The notes under the pieces were generated by a model. It was not told the DNA's origin and searched no databases. It saw nothing but the letters and a program-made list of their open reading frames with translations. A stretch of 64,000 bases of DNA from an uncultured Methanolobus sp. (GTDB taxonomy: Archaea > Halobacteriota > Methanosarcinia > Methanosarcinales > Methanosarcinaceae), in contig OY776215.1 of the NCBI GenBank assembly GCA_963675495.1, forward strand, positions 1,888,001 through 1,952,000, given 5' to 3'. The translations under genes and the position numbers were made by a program. Of the stretch, positions 29,664-38,657 are shown piece after piece. The first letter of the stretch is position 1. Every line of letters starts with the position of its first letter.

Positions 29664-30860
29664 ATGATGCGAAATATCAAAGTCGAACACCTGATAGAAA
29701 CGCCGGTGGAAAAACAGCAGATTGAACTTGTGGAGAGAAAAGGTGTGGGTCACCCTGATAGTATCTCCGACGGTCTTGCAGAGGCAGTAAGCCGCGCATT
29801 GTGCAAGGAATATGTAGATAAATGTGGTGTAGTTCTCCACCACAATACTGATGAGACCCAGATCGTGGCAGGAAGGTCAAACCCTCAGTTCGGTGGCGGA
29901 GAGGTTACTCAGCCTATATACACTTTGCTTGTGGGAAGAGCAACCAAGGAATTTGAAGGCGTGGAGATTCCGGCAGAGTCTGTTGCATTAGCTGCTGCGA
30001 GAAACTATATCAGAAACACAATTGTTGATATTGACCTTGAGAGGGATATCATTGTTGACTGCAAGCTCGGGACAGGTTCATCTGATCTCAGGGATGTTTT
30101 CCAGAGAGACAGGGTTCCTGTGGCAAATGATACTTCTTTTGGTGTTGGGCATGCTCCATTTTCAGAACTTGAACAGATCGTATATGAGTCTGAAAGAAAG
30201 CTGGTCACTGACCTGAAAAAGAAAATACCTGGTATTGGAACAGACATTAAGGTCATGGGTCTTAGGGAGAATGACGATATAAACCTGACAATATGCTGTG
30301 GTATGGTTGGAAGATATGTTGATGACATGGATCACTACATCAATATCAAGGAAGAGATGGCTGATTATGTTACTGATCTGGCACTCAAACGTACGGATCG
30401 TAAGGTTAAGACCTTCATCAATGCAGCGGATAATGTGGAATGTAAGTCAGTGTTCCTGACTGTGACAGGTACTTCTGCTGAAATGGGTGATGATGGTTCA
30501 GTGGGTCGTGGTAACCGTTGTAACGGACTCATTACTCCAAACAGGCCAATGAGTATGGAGGCGACCAGTGGTAAGAACCCTATCAACCATATTGGTAAGA
30601 TCTACAACCTTCTTTCCACCCAGATGGCAAAGGATATTGTGAAGGCTGTCCCTGATGTCCAGGATGTCTACATCAAGCTTCTTTCACAGATCGGTCAGCC
30701 AATAGACCAGCCACTTGTAGCAAGCGCGCAGATCATTCCTGACGATGGTGCAAACTTTGCTTCCATAAGGGCGGAAACAGAGGTTGTCATGGATGAGTGG
30801 CTTGCTGATATCACCAGAATAACCAAGATGGTCATAAACGGCGAACTGGATACTTTCTGA
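29664..30860 (+). CDS. mat: Archaeal S-adenosylmethionine synthetase
   Basis: [44 protein letters not shown]. Confidence 0.96.
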   Translation: MMRNIKVEHLIETPVEKQQIELVERKGVGHPDSISDGLAEAVSRALCKEYVDKCGVVLHHNTDETQIVAGRSNPQFGGGEVTQPIYTLLVGRATKEFEGVEIPAESVALAAARNYIRNTIVDIDLERDIIVDCKLGTGSSDLRDVFQRDRVPVANDTSFGVGHAPFSELEQIVYESERKLVTDLKKKIPGIGTDIKVMGLRENDDINLTICCGMVGRYVDDMDHYINIKEEMADYVTDLALKRTDRKVKTFINAADNVECKSVFLTVTGTSAEMGDDGSVGRGNRCNGLITPNRPMSMEATSGKNPINHIGKIYNLLSTQMAKDIVKAVPDVQDVYIKLLSQIGQPIDQPLVASAQIIPDDGANFASIRAETEVVMDEWLADITRITKMVINGELDTF

Positions 30861-30873
30861 TATTGATATTAGG

Positions 30874-30912
30874 AGTTCATCCTGAATTCAGGATGAACTT
30901 TTTCTTTTTTTA
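30874..30912 (+). terminator. Hairpin plus T-tract terminator after mat
   Basis: Perfect 26-bp palindrome AGTTCATCCTGAATTCAGGATGAACT followed by T runs. Confidence 0.7.
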
Positions 30913-31067
30913 GTTTTTCTTTGTTTCTACTGAATGCGTCTTTTTCCCCTTTGATTTATACGTTTATCTGCGTCATGTGTATTTTTCGGCGAAAGAGCTA
31001 AGTATGATTGTGCGTATTGGAGTGTTGCATCGCACGGCAACGTCGTGCCGAAGCATGATTTGTTAGA

Positions 31068-31175
31068 CCCGCCTTAACTCAGTGGTAGAGTGCGCGGCTG
31101 TAGTTTGATTCATGTGACATGATCACATTACGCGCAGGCACCGCGATGTCCCCGGTTCGAGTCTGGGAGGCGGGA
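31068..31175 (+). tRNA. tRNA-Tyr(GTA) with 36-nt intron at canonical 37/38 position (31104-31139)
   Basis: Acceptor CCCGCCT/AGGCGGG+A, anticodon stem CGCGG/CCGCG, GTA at 31100-31102, GGTTCGAGTC T-loop, CTGT/GCAG central helix with 3-nt bulges. Confidence 0.93.
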
Positions 31176-31250
31176 CTTACAAAATCAACAAAAAGCCTTA
31201 AATACAAGAGTCTCCTTTTAGGGGTGCTCACAAGCGAAAACTTACCTCAT

Positions 31251-31323
31251 GTCCGAATAGTGTAGAGGCCTATCATGGAGCCCTGTCGAGGCTCCGACCC
31301 GGGTTCGAATCCCGGTTCGGGCG
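31251..31323 (+). tRNA. tRNA-Asp(GTC)
   Basis: Acceptor GTCCGAA/TTCGGGC+G, stem GAGCC/GGCTC, GTC at 31285-31287, GGTTCGAATCC. Confidence 0.96.
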
Positions 31324-31335
31324 TAATTTCTTAAT

Positions 31336-31370
31336 CCCGGTTTTTCCGGGCTTTTTTTATCTTTTTATTA
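31336..31370 (+). terminator. Terminator after tRNA-Asp
   Basis: CCCGG-TTTTT-CCGGG hairpin followed by T tracts. Confidence 0.65.
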
Positions 31371-31493
31371 CTTTATGATTGCTTATTTGTAAATCTAGTT
31401 TATATACTTATTTTTCTACCTAATAGTTTTAATAAATATTAGGTTTTAAATCACTATTTATCCATAGTTTTGCTTCTTTTGCACGTGGTACGT

Positions 31494-31601
31494 ATGAATA
31501 ATTGCGGTAATTTAAGTACACTCAAAATAGTTATCATGTTGTCTGTTTATCTTGCAATGATACTTGCAATTGTATTAGCTGCAGGACTAATGGGGGTATG
31601 A
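31494..31601 (+). CDS. 35-aa membrane microprotein, VYL family copy 1 (MNNCGNLSTLKIVIMLSVYLAMILAIVLAAGLMGV)
   Basis: Manual translation; GTGGT RBS-like site, CTATTTAT promoter-like box near 31454-31461; aligns with three paralogs. Confidence 0.7.
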   Translation: MNNCGNLSTLKIVIMLSVYLAMILAIVLAAGLMGV

Positions 31602-31665
31602 ATGGCAGTATTCAAGAAGAAAAATTTCCATAAGGTTTTATACATGTATTTGAGACACTCTGTTT

Positions 31666-31788
31666 GTGGAACTCTTTATAAGAAAAAGCAACTTGAAGAT
31701 ACAACAAATCGTCTTATTTGTATCTGTCTATCTTTTTATTATGCTTGCATTCGTTTTACTCGATTGGTTTTTTCCAGGTATTCAGTGA
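31666..31788 (+). CDS. 40-aa membrane microprotein, VYL family copy 2 (MELFIRKSNLKIQQIVLFVSVYLFIMLAFVLLDWFFPGIQ)
   Basis: GTG start about 24 nt after TTTTATA box; aligns with paralogs. Confidence 0.62.
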   Translation: MELFIRKSNLKIQQIVLFVSVYLFIMLAFVLLDWFFPGIQ

Positions 31789-31956
31789 ATTAATATTCTC
31801 TGGATTAACTCTCAATTGTGGGGCATGCTTCTTCATGTAGGCAACTTTTAGTTCATCTGCTCTTATTTACTCGTTAGATCTAGCCAATATATTCCCAAGC
31901 ACATATAAAAAATATTAACTGAGTGACTTTTATATATTGATTTGACATCATGTTCT

Positions 31957-32109
31957 ATGAATTTTTTTTTCTGTGGTAATTCTATCGGGCATGATGCAAT
32001 AGAAATCGGACGTTTTCACAGAATCGGCAGAAATCTGTTGTGTCTCAATTGTGTAGCAGACCTTAAATCTATCTTGGAGCTTGAAAGATTGAAGAAAAAA
32101 AAGTGCTAA
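31957..32109 (+). CDS. 50-aa zinc-finger-like small protein (MNFFFCG...CLNC...)
   Basis: ATG about 22 nt after TTTATATA; xxxCG and CxxC knuckles, first Cys position is Phe. Confidence 0.55.
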   Translation: MNFFFCGNSIGHDAIEIGRFHRIGRNLLCLNCVADLKSILELERLKKKKC

Positions 32110-32345
32110 ATTCAGAACCATGTAGCACGAGAAAGAAGTTCATCTATGTATGAATAACCAGGAAATATTCATTGATTTTGCGATGATTTTATTGTGTAAA
32201 TGAGGGTAAATATCTCGTTTTAACTATAAACAAGTAATTTGTATTTTTGGTTTTTATTAGTATCCTTCTATTTAACTCTATGAATAAATAATAGAACTTG
32301 GTTATTTATTTATACAACGGTGACCTATATTGCAATTGGTACAAT

Positions 32346-32453
32346 ATGGATGATTCGGCTAACCCTAATCTTTTCAAAGTAATGGTACTTGCACTTGTCT
32401 ACCTCATGCTGCTTTCGACTGCAGCTTTATTTGCAGGTTTTTCGAGTGTTTGA
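32346..32453 (+). CDS. 35-aa membrane microprotein, VYL family copy 3 (MDDSANPNLFKVMVLALVYLMLLSTAALFAGFSSV)
   Basis: Manual translation; TTTATTTATA box upstream; same length and register as copy 1. Confidence 0.72.
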   Translation: MDDSANPNLFKVMVLALVYLMLLSTAALFAGFSSV

Positions 32454-32561
32454 TACGGGTTACTTTTCCCTGGCTACTGGCTTGAGCTTTACTCATATGA
32501 CTGCCTAAAAGGTGCTATTAGGAATCAGCAGCAAAAAAGAAAATAAAAGGGAAAATAAAAG

Positions 32562-32765
32562 TCACTCTGACTTTACCTTAACTGCAACCAGAGAGCGACC
32601 CAGCTTATCTTCCAGCTTTCTGATCTCTTCCAGGTCAGTCTTGCTAAGTTCTGCATTACTAATGTCAATGCCTGAAAATGACAGTAGAGTTACATTCATT
32701 TTATCTTCGAGTTCTTTGATTGATTTTACTTCTTCATCTTTGAGTGCAGAAAAGGCCCATATCAT
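32562..32765 (-). CDS. Small protein made of two ~31-aa repeats
   Basis: SALKDEEVKSIKELEDKMNVTLLSF / AELSKTDLEEIRKLEDKLGRSLVAV; GGAGA RBS. Confidence 0.8.
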   Translation of the reverse strand: MIWAFSALKDEEVKSIKELEDKMNVTLLSFSGIDISNAELSKTDLEEIRKLEDKLGRSLVAVKVKSE

Positions 32766-32870
32766 TTTTTCAATCTCCTAAATATTGTTACATGTTTTCT
32801 CATGCATTCTTCTCATAAGTATATAGTGGGTAAAGCTATTTATATGACATTCTCTATTTTAATGACTGTT

Positions 32871-32978
32871 ATGTTTAGCAAGCAAACTGATTTTACTATA
32901 GAAAGAATTATTCTTTTGGTATTCGTATATCTTGCATTGATGGTAAGTGTTGGTTTATTCTCTGCTATTTTCATGTAA
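32871..32978 (+). CDS. 35-aa membrane microprotein, VYL family copy 4 (MFSKQTDFTIERIILLVFVYLALMVSVGLFSAIFM)
   Basis: ATG about 25 nt after AAAGCTATTTATAT BRE/TATA; aligns with paralogs. Confidence 0.72.
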   Translation: MFSKQTDFTIERIILLVFVYLALMVSVGLFSAIFM

Positions 32979-33132
32979 TCTCTTGAGATCAGGTTATTAA
33001 TATAATTGCAGTGCTAATTTTGTTATTTGGTTCTTACTCACAAAATAGTGTATGTAAAAAAGTGATTGTTTCCGAATATTCTCTTTGAAAAAAAAAATGG
33101 TGGAATTAATCGTTTTTCCGTTTTTGAGGGAG

Positions 33133-33522
33133 TTAAAAGGTCATTGTATGAATAACTTGCAGCACACTGCATTCCATAAAAATGACCATTAGGTTGTTCA
33201 CCACCAGGAACAAGCCAACAATTGCGATACTTTTTCTGGACAAAACCCACAGCAGGTCGGTCCACCTGGAATCAGAATCACTCAGAATTCTGTAGTTCCA
33301 GTAGACTATTGCAAGGAAGAATACCTTCAGAACAAGAAGAGATTCTACACCATAGCTCTGGAACACTGCTGCCAGAAAATCATTCTCTTCAAATCCATAT
33401 TCAAGAGCATGGGCAGTTGTCAGGAAATCACCAAGTACGTAAAACAATACAATATATTTGACATCCTTTAGAAATTCACATATCTTTGTGAATTGTGAAT
33501 CGTATTGGTTTACGTAACTCAT
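33133..33522 (-). CDS. Small membrane protein (DUF5658-like)
   Basis: GD.LTT..AL..G.E.N motif, LK, VV.NN, three TM. Confidence 0.75.
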   Translation of the reverse strand: MSYVNQYDSQFTKICEFLKDVKYIVLFYVLGDFLTTAHALEYGFEENDFLAAVFQSYGVESLLVLKVFFLAIVYWNYRILSDSDSRWTDLLWVLSRKSIAIVGLFLVVNNLMVIFMECSVLQVIHTMTF

Positions 33523-33736
33523 AATGCTTTCTACTTATGGAGCCGTATATAATGTGGATGTTAAAGTATCGCACGTTTATGAGCATAAAAGTTAGTTCTA
33601 TGTAGTAATACTCTATACTAAGTGTTCATGAAAATATTTTATATGCTGTTCGTTTTGACTATACTATATTTCAGTTTGTCTTTTTCAGGCTCTACATTTG
33701 ATAACAATTTTGTACTAGTAACTACTAGATAATATT

Positions 33737-34912
33737 ATGGCCTCAACACAAGTTCCCATTGATATTTCCGCATCACTGGAAAACCACAGGTCAGATGTAT
33801 ATCTGATGGTAGGGAATTCGAACAATGCAGACATCTATTACGCAACCCGCTTCTTCGCTTCAGACGAGTTTGCTTACTTCCATACAAAAGAAGGCGCTGA
33901 AACGATCCTTATTTCTGATATGGAAAAAGGTCGAGCAGAGATCGAGTCAAGGGTGTCTGATATTCGTACACTGCAGGGGTGTGATTACAGGTCAAAGGTA
34001 AAGGAAAGAAAAGATCCATCTCTTGCTTATTGTGACTGTCTTGCAGATATTCTGCAAAAAGAGGGCGCAAGACGAGTAGCAGTTCCAAGAGATTTTCCGT
34101 ACCATATTGCTCAGACCCTCAAGGAAGAGGGTTTTTCCATAGAAGCTATCAAAAGTCCATTTGCCGAGTTGCGCTCACGAAAAGACCCCTCAGAGATCGA
34201 GATGGTAAAAAAGGTTCAGGATGCCTGCAATAAAGCAATGAAAGCGGCAGCTGAGATGGTAAAAAAATCAGAAGATGTTGAAGGTGTACTCAATTACCGT
34301 GGATTTGCCCTTACATCTGAAATGTTACGTAAAGAAATAGATATAACGCTTCTTGAACATGGATGTGAGGCAGAGAGTACCATAGTTGCCGGTGGTACAG
34401 GCTCTGCAAATCCTCATTGGGAAGGTGCAGGCCCTTTAAAGGCTAATGAACCTATTGTCATGGATATCTTCCCGCACAGCAAAAAGGAAAGATACTATGC
34501 TGACATGACCCGGACAGTGCTTAAAGGTGAGCCTTCAGAAAAGCTTGTGGACATGTATGAAGCCGTCCGCGAAGCACAGACAACCGGAATAGAAATGGTT
34601 AAGCCCGGTGTCAAATGCAGTGATATTCATAACAAAGTGTGCGATGTTTTCAAAGAAAGGGGCTACGACACCATCAGGGAAGGTTCAAATGTTGGTTTCA
34701 TCCATTCAACCGGGCATGGCGTAGGACTTGAGATACATGAAATCCCATTTGTAGGGAACAGCGATGTTGAGCTTGAGGAAGGTAACATCATTACAATAGA
34801 ACCGGGACTGTACTATCCTGATGTTGGTGGCATACGTCTGGAGGACCTTATACTGGTGACTGCAGATGGGTTTGAGAACCTCACGGAAATGGAAAAGAAA
34901 TTTGTATATTAA
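33737..34912 (+). CDS. Xaa-Pro peptidase family (M24B) protein
   Basis: PH, D, ADMTRT, HSTGHGVGLEIHE, TIEPGLY, GIRLED. Confidence 0.93.
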   Translation: MASTQVPIDISASLENHRSDVYLMVGNSNNADIYYATRFFASDEFAYFHTKEGAETILISDMEKGRAEIESRVSDIRTLQGCDYRSKVKERKDPSLAYCDCLADILQKEGARRVAVPRDFPYHIAQTLKEEGFSIEAIKSPFAELRSRKDPSEIEMVKKVQDACNKAMKAAAEMVKKSEDVEGVLNYRGFALTSEMLRKEIDITLLEHGCEAESTIVAGGTGSANPHWEGAGPLKANEPIVMDIFPHSKKERYYADMTRTVLKGEPSEKLVDMYEAVREAQTTGIEMVKPGVKCSDIHNKVCDVFKERGYDTIREGSNVGFIHSTGHGVGLEIHEIPFVGNSDVELEEGNIITIEPGLYYPDVGGIRLEDLILVTADGFENLTEMEKKFVY

Positions 34913-34943
34913 TCCCGAAATCAAATTATAAAGGAGATTTTAA

Positions 34944-35840
34944 ATGGCTGACAAAGTTAAGGATATCGAAGAGATCATCGGCAAATACGTCAAAGCAGGA
35001 AAGATATTGTCACAGGTAAGAAGTGAGGCAAAAGACCGCATAAAGGTGGGTGTCAGCCTTCTTGAAATCGCTGATTTTGTGGAAAACAGGGCAGTGGAGC
35101 TTGGAGCGGACGGCTCAGCATTTCCCTGTAATATTTCCCGTAATGATGAGGCAGCACATGCGACTCCTCTTGCAGGGGACGAAACCGTCTTTGGTGAAGA
35201 TGTGATAAAGCTTGATCTTGGGGTTCATGTGGATGGTTATATTGCAGATTCTGCCATTACCATCGATCTTTCAGGTAATTACGGCGACCTGGTGAAAGCT
35301 TCTGAAGACGGCCTTAAAGCTGCCATCGATATCGTCAAAAATGGTGCAAATACAGCAGATATTGCCGCTGCCATTGAGGATGCCATTCTTGCCCACGACT
35401 TCAAGCCGGTGGGAAATCTTACGGGGCATGGGCTTGCACAATATATTCCTCATGCACCTCCAAGTATGCCCAATAGGAGGGTAAGCAAAGGCGTTATACT
35501 TCATACAGGTGACTTCATCGCCATAGAGCCATTTGCCACCGATGGTGCCGGAAAGGTCGTTGATGGTTTACTTACTGAGATATATCAGGTCGTAAACAAA
35601 AAACCTGTGCGTTTACCAGCAGCAAGGGCTCTTCTTAAGGAACTTGAACCATACAGGACGCTTCCGTTCGCAAAAAGATGGCTCAAAACCCCACAACTGG
35701 ACTTTGCCCTGATGCAGCTTGAAAAAGCAGGAATAGTCCATTCATATCCGGTACTCAAGGAAGTGGCCGGAGGGATGGTTGCACAGACGGAGCATACGCT
35801 TATAGTAACAGATGACGGATGCGAAGTTACAACCAAATAA
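34944..35840 (+). CDS. map: Type II methionine aminopeptidase
   Basis: AFPCNIS.N..AAH, KLDLGVHVDG.IADSA, GH, AIEPFAT, Q.EHT. Confidence 0.96.
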   Translation: MADKVKDIEEIIGKYVKAGKILSQVRSEAKDRIKVGVSLLEIADFVENRAVELGADGSAFPCNISRNDEAAHATPLAGDETVFGEDVIKLDLGVHVDGYIADSAITIDLSGNYGDLVKASEDGLKAAIDIVKNGANTADIAAAIEDAILAHDFKPVGNLTGHGLAQYIPHAPPSMPNRRVSKGVILHTGDFIAIEPFATDGAGKVVDGLLTEIYQVVNKKPVRLPAARALLKELEPYRTLPFAKRWLKTPQLDFALMQLEKAGIVHSYPVLKEVAGGMVAQTEHTLIVTDDGCEVTTK

Positions 35841-35858
35841 AAAAGGGATGGGATAAGA

Positions 35859-36626
35859 TTGAGGATTAGGAACCTGTTATTGCTCGTTGTCTTATTCTCA
35901 ATGTTATCCCTTCCAGCAAGTGCTGCCTATGAATGGGATAATACCATCGATATAGGGACAGATGGTATGGTTTGGGAGTACACTGAAACATATTCCGGTG
36001 ATCGGTCTGTAGTATTCAAGACTTTCATCGATATGGAATTCGGGGATAATGATGGATTTGTCAGTTCATGGGAATTACTGAAAACCGATGTAAAGACCAG
36101 TAAGTCATTTATCGAGGCCATAGAGGATAATATGGATGTTAAGATCGATGACTCCTCAATGAATGTGACTCTTTTGAGAGTGGAAGCCAATATGTCCACT
36201 GAACTCATCGGACCGGTTGGTGATGAAAAAGACATAGTGAACAAGTATCAGGTTTTTTATGATTTCAAAACAACACTTACTGATTCTGGTACAAGCATGT
36301 GGTTTCAGGGTGAACCCGAAACAGAAGTAACTGTAAATCTCCCCTCTGAAATGAAATTGATTTCTGTAGAAGGTATTGACAACCAATCCGTAAAAGAAAG
36401 TTCACAAGGAACCAGTATTTCCGGTCAGTTTGGATTCACCGGAGAACTTGTTATTGAATTCTCAATTGAAGAACCACCTGTTCAGGAAAAAAAGGAAAAT
36501 GTGACTGAAATATCCCCTGCCGATATTCCATATACAGATTCTTCATCGCTACTCGATAAAATATTCCCTGGACTTACTGACAGTTTTCTTGAAAAATTAA
36601 AGTCCGACACATTTAAGAGCTTTTAA
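35859..36626 (+). CDS. Secreted hypothetical protein
   Basis: Signal peptide, acidic beta-rich body. Confidence 0.75.
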   Translation: MRIRNLLLLVVLFSMLSLPASAAYEWDNTIDIGTDGMVWEYTETYSGDRSVVFKTFIDMEFGDNDGFVSSWELLKTDVKTSKSFIEAIEDNMDVKIDDSSMNVTLLRVEANMSTELIGPVGDEKDIVNKYQVFYDFKTTLTDSGTSMWFQGEPETEVTVNLPSEMKLISVEGIDNQSVKESSQGTSISGQFGFTGELVIEFSIEEPPVQEKKENVTEISPADIPYTDSSSLLDKIFPGLTDSFLEKLKSDTFKSF

Positions 36627-36652
36627 TCTCACTACGAAATCAGTGAATAGTT

Positions 36653-36940
36653 ATGCTGGTCGAAAATATAGAACTTGATAACGGCTCGGCTCTGGGCCTT
36701 AATTTCCATATGCAAAACGCTTCATTGCTTGTTATCAGGGCAGACAGGGGTTTTGTCATGTGCGGCTATCTTGATATGGATACAGCAGGGATCCTTGGTG
36801 ATGTTGCAGTTAAGGTAAAAGGTGTCAGCACTTTTGATGATGTGCTTCAGGCGCCAGTTGTCGGTGCCACCCAGAAAGCTACCAATCTTGGTATCAAAGT
36901 AGGGATGACTGGGAAAGAAGCATTAGAATTGATGTTCTGA
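36653..36940 (+). CDS. YunC/DUF1805 family protein
   Basis: GFVMCGYL, V.GV..F.D.L.A, GI..GM.G.EAL. Confidence 0.88.
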   Translation: MLVENIELDNGSALGLNFHMQNASLLVIRADRGFVMCGYLDMDTAGILGDVAVKVKGVSTFDDVLQAPVVGATQKATNLGIKVGMTGKEALELMF

Positions 36941-37036
36941 TGTTCTATGAGGTCATTTTTCTTTATTTTTCATGCTTTGCTCTAACCGTCCATTGAAACG
37001 CTTTAAATAGTACTTCTATTCTCTATTGCAGTTATT

Positions 37037-38068
37037 ATGCTGTATGCTTTTGAGTTATCCGGGGAGCACGCTGTCCTGCCATGTAAAGAGGTATTTGCCT
37101 GTCTTTCTATGGTAGGTCTTGAGTACAGTGAGCATTCCTTTTTTGACCAGTGCCTTGTTCTTGATATTGAAGGCGAGGACATCGATGAGAAACTTATCTT
37201 TATCGCGGACAGGCTTGCTATGTCCCATCACATACTGAAAGTGGTGGGAATCTGCGATTTGGACACTGATTCAATTATAGAAATGTGTGAAGACTCCGAT
37301 CTTACCGGTTTTTTGTCCGAAGGCCAGACATACGTCGTTCGCGCAAAAAGAATCAAACATCATGGTGATGTCAAAAGAGAATACATTGAAGGCATGCTTG
37401 GGGGCAGTATTTTCCGCAAAGGATTCAGGGCAAATCTCAAAAACCCTGATGTAACATTTCGTGTTATAATGACCGACCGCGCAGTCCTTGCTACGATTCT
37501 GGTTTCTGTTGATAGGGGTGCGTATGAACACCGTGCACCACATAGAAAACCATTCTTCTATCCGGGCGTGCTTATGCCCAGAGTTGCAAGGGCGCTAGTG
37601 AACATTTCACAGGTGATGTCTGATGACATTCTTTTTGATCCTTTCAGCGGTACAGCCGGTATTCTTGTGGAAGCCGGGCTGGTGGGTGCCCATGTCATCG
37701 GTATCGAAGTCCGTCATAAGATATCCCACGGTGCCAGGCTGAACCTTGATGAGTATGAAACCGATTATTCTCTGCTGGTGGGCGACGCATGTCGTGTTCC
37801 ACTCAAAGACTCATGTGTCGATGCAATTGTGACCGACCCTCCATATGGTCGTTCTGCTGCCATAAGGGCTGAGTCCCTGCATCATCTGTATTCTGAATCC
37901 TTCGCTGAAATGTACAGGGTACTCAGGCAAGGGAAACTCGCAGTAGTGGTATCTGAGATCAAAGTGCTAGAATTTGCAGAGAATGCAGGTTTTACAGTTC
38001 TTGACGTATTCACGCAGAAAGTTCACAAGAGTCTGACAAGGACCTTCACTGTTCTCTATAAGGAATGA
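37037..38068 (+). CDS. THUMP-domain tRNA (guanine-10 N2) methyltransferase, Trm11/TrmG10-like
   Basis: FELSGEH, THUMP region, PFF.P..L.PR.AR, DPFSGTAG, TDPPYG, VHKSLTR. Confidence 0.88.
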   Translation: MLYAFELSGEHAVLPCKEVFACLSMVGLEYSEHSFFDQCLVLDIEGEDIDEKLIFIADRLAMSHHILKVVGICDLDTDSIIEMCEDSDLTGFLSEGQTYVVRAKRIKHHGDVKREYIEGMLGGSIFRKGFRANLKNPDVTFRVIMTDRAVLATILVSVDRGAYEHRAPHRKPFFYPGVLMPRVARALVNISQVMSDDILFDPFSGTAGILVEAGLVGAHVIGIEVRHKISHGARLNLDEYETDYSLLVGDACRVPLKDSCVDAIVTDPPYGRSAAIRAESLHHLYSESFAEMYRVLRQGKLAVVVSEIKVLEFAENAGFTVLDVFTQKVHKSLTRTFTVLYKE

Positions 38069-38631
38069 TCAATGCATTGTTTCTGTATAAGTGACCAGTG
38101 TACTGCAAGCAATGTCTCGTATTCTTTATAATCTGAAAAACGTTCTTTAATATAATTCCAGAAACGAGGGCTGTGATTGAGTTCGATGAGATGCACCATC
38201 TCGTGGAATACTATATATTCGATTATTCCTTCCGGCAGGTGTCTCATATAGCTGTTAAAGTTCAGGTTTCCCTTTGAGCTGCAACTTCCCCACTTTGTTC
38301 TCATTTTTCTGAACCGTATCCTTTGTGGTTTTACTCCAAGTTCCGCTTCGATCATGATGGCAAAGGAGTTTACAAGTTCCTTCAGTTCCTCTACAGATCT
38401 GCCTTTAACTAACTCCACATTCGAACATGCATCTTTTAATTTCTCCATCCGGGAATACCTGTTATATATCCATCTCCGGTGCCTGTGGATTATCATTTCG
38501 TGGTTCTTGTGGGCATGCGGTACTATCAGGTACAACTGTTGGTCCCTGAACTCAAGTCTTGGATTTTTTACATCTCTGCGTATGAGTTCATAGTCTATGA
38601 CCATGTCCTTGATACTTGTTGTAAAATGCAT
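38056..38631 (-). CDS. YgjP/DUF45-like zinc metallohydrolase
   Basis: M.TKWGSCS, YIV.HEMVH...NHS..FW. Confidence 0.88.
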   Translation of the reverse strand: MHFTTSIKDMVIDYELIRRDVKNPRLEFRDQQLYLIVPHAHKNHEMIIHRHRRWIYNRYSRMEKLKDACSNVELVKGRSVEELKELVNSFAIMIEAELGVKPQRIRFRKMRTKWGSCSSKGNLNFNSYMRHLPEGIIEYIVFHEMVHLIELNHSPRFWNYIKERFSDYKEYETLLAVHWSLIQKQCIDHSL

Positions 38632-38657
38632 TCATCATGGTAAAAAATAAAAAAAAT

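Noticed and set aside
31602-31793. 63-aa ORF in the track (MAVFKKKNF...)
   Set aside because: It overlaps microprotein copy 2 in another frame, spans its TATA box and has no recognisable features; the VYL frame is better supported
31068-33522. Integrated element at tRNA-Tyr/tRNA-Asp
   Set aside because: AT-rich, but I found no integrase and no duplicated tRNA 3' end in the window
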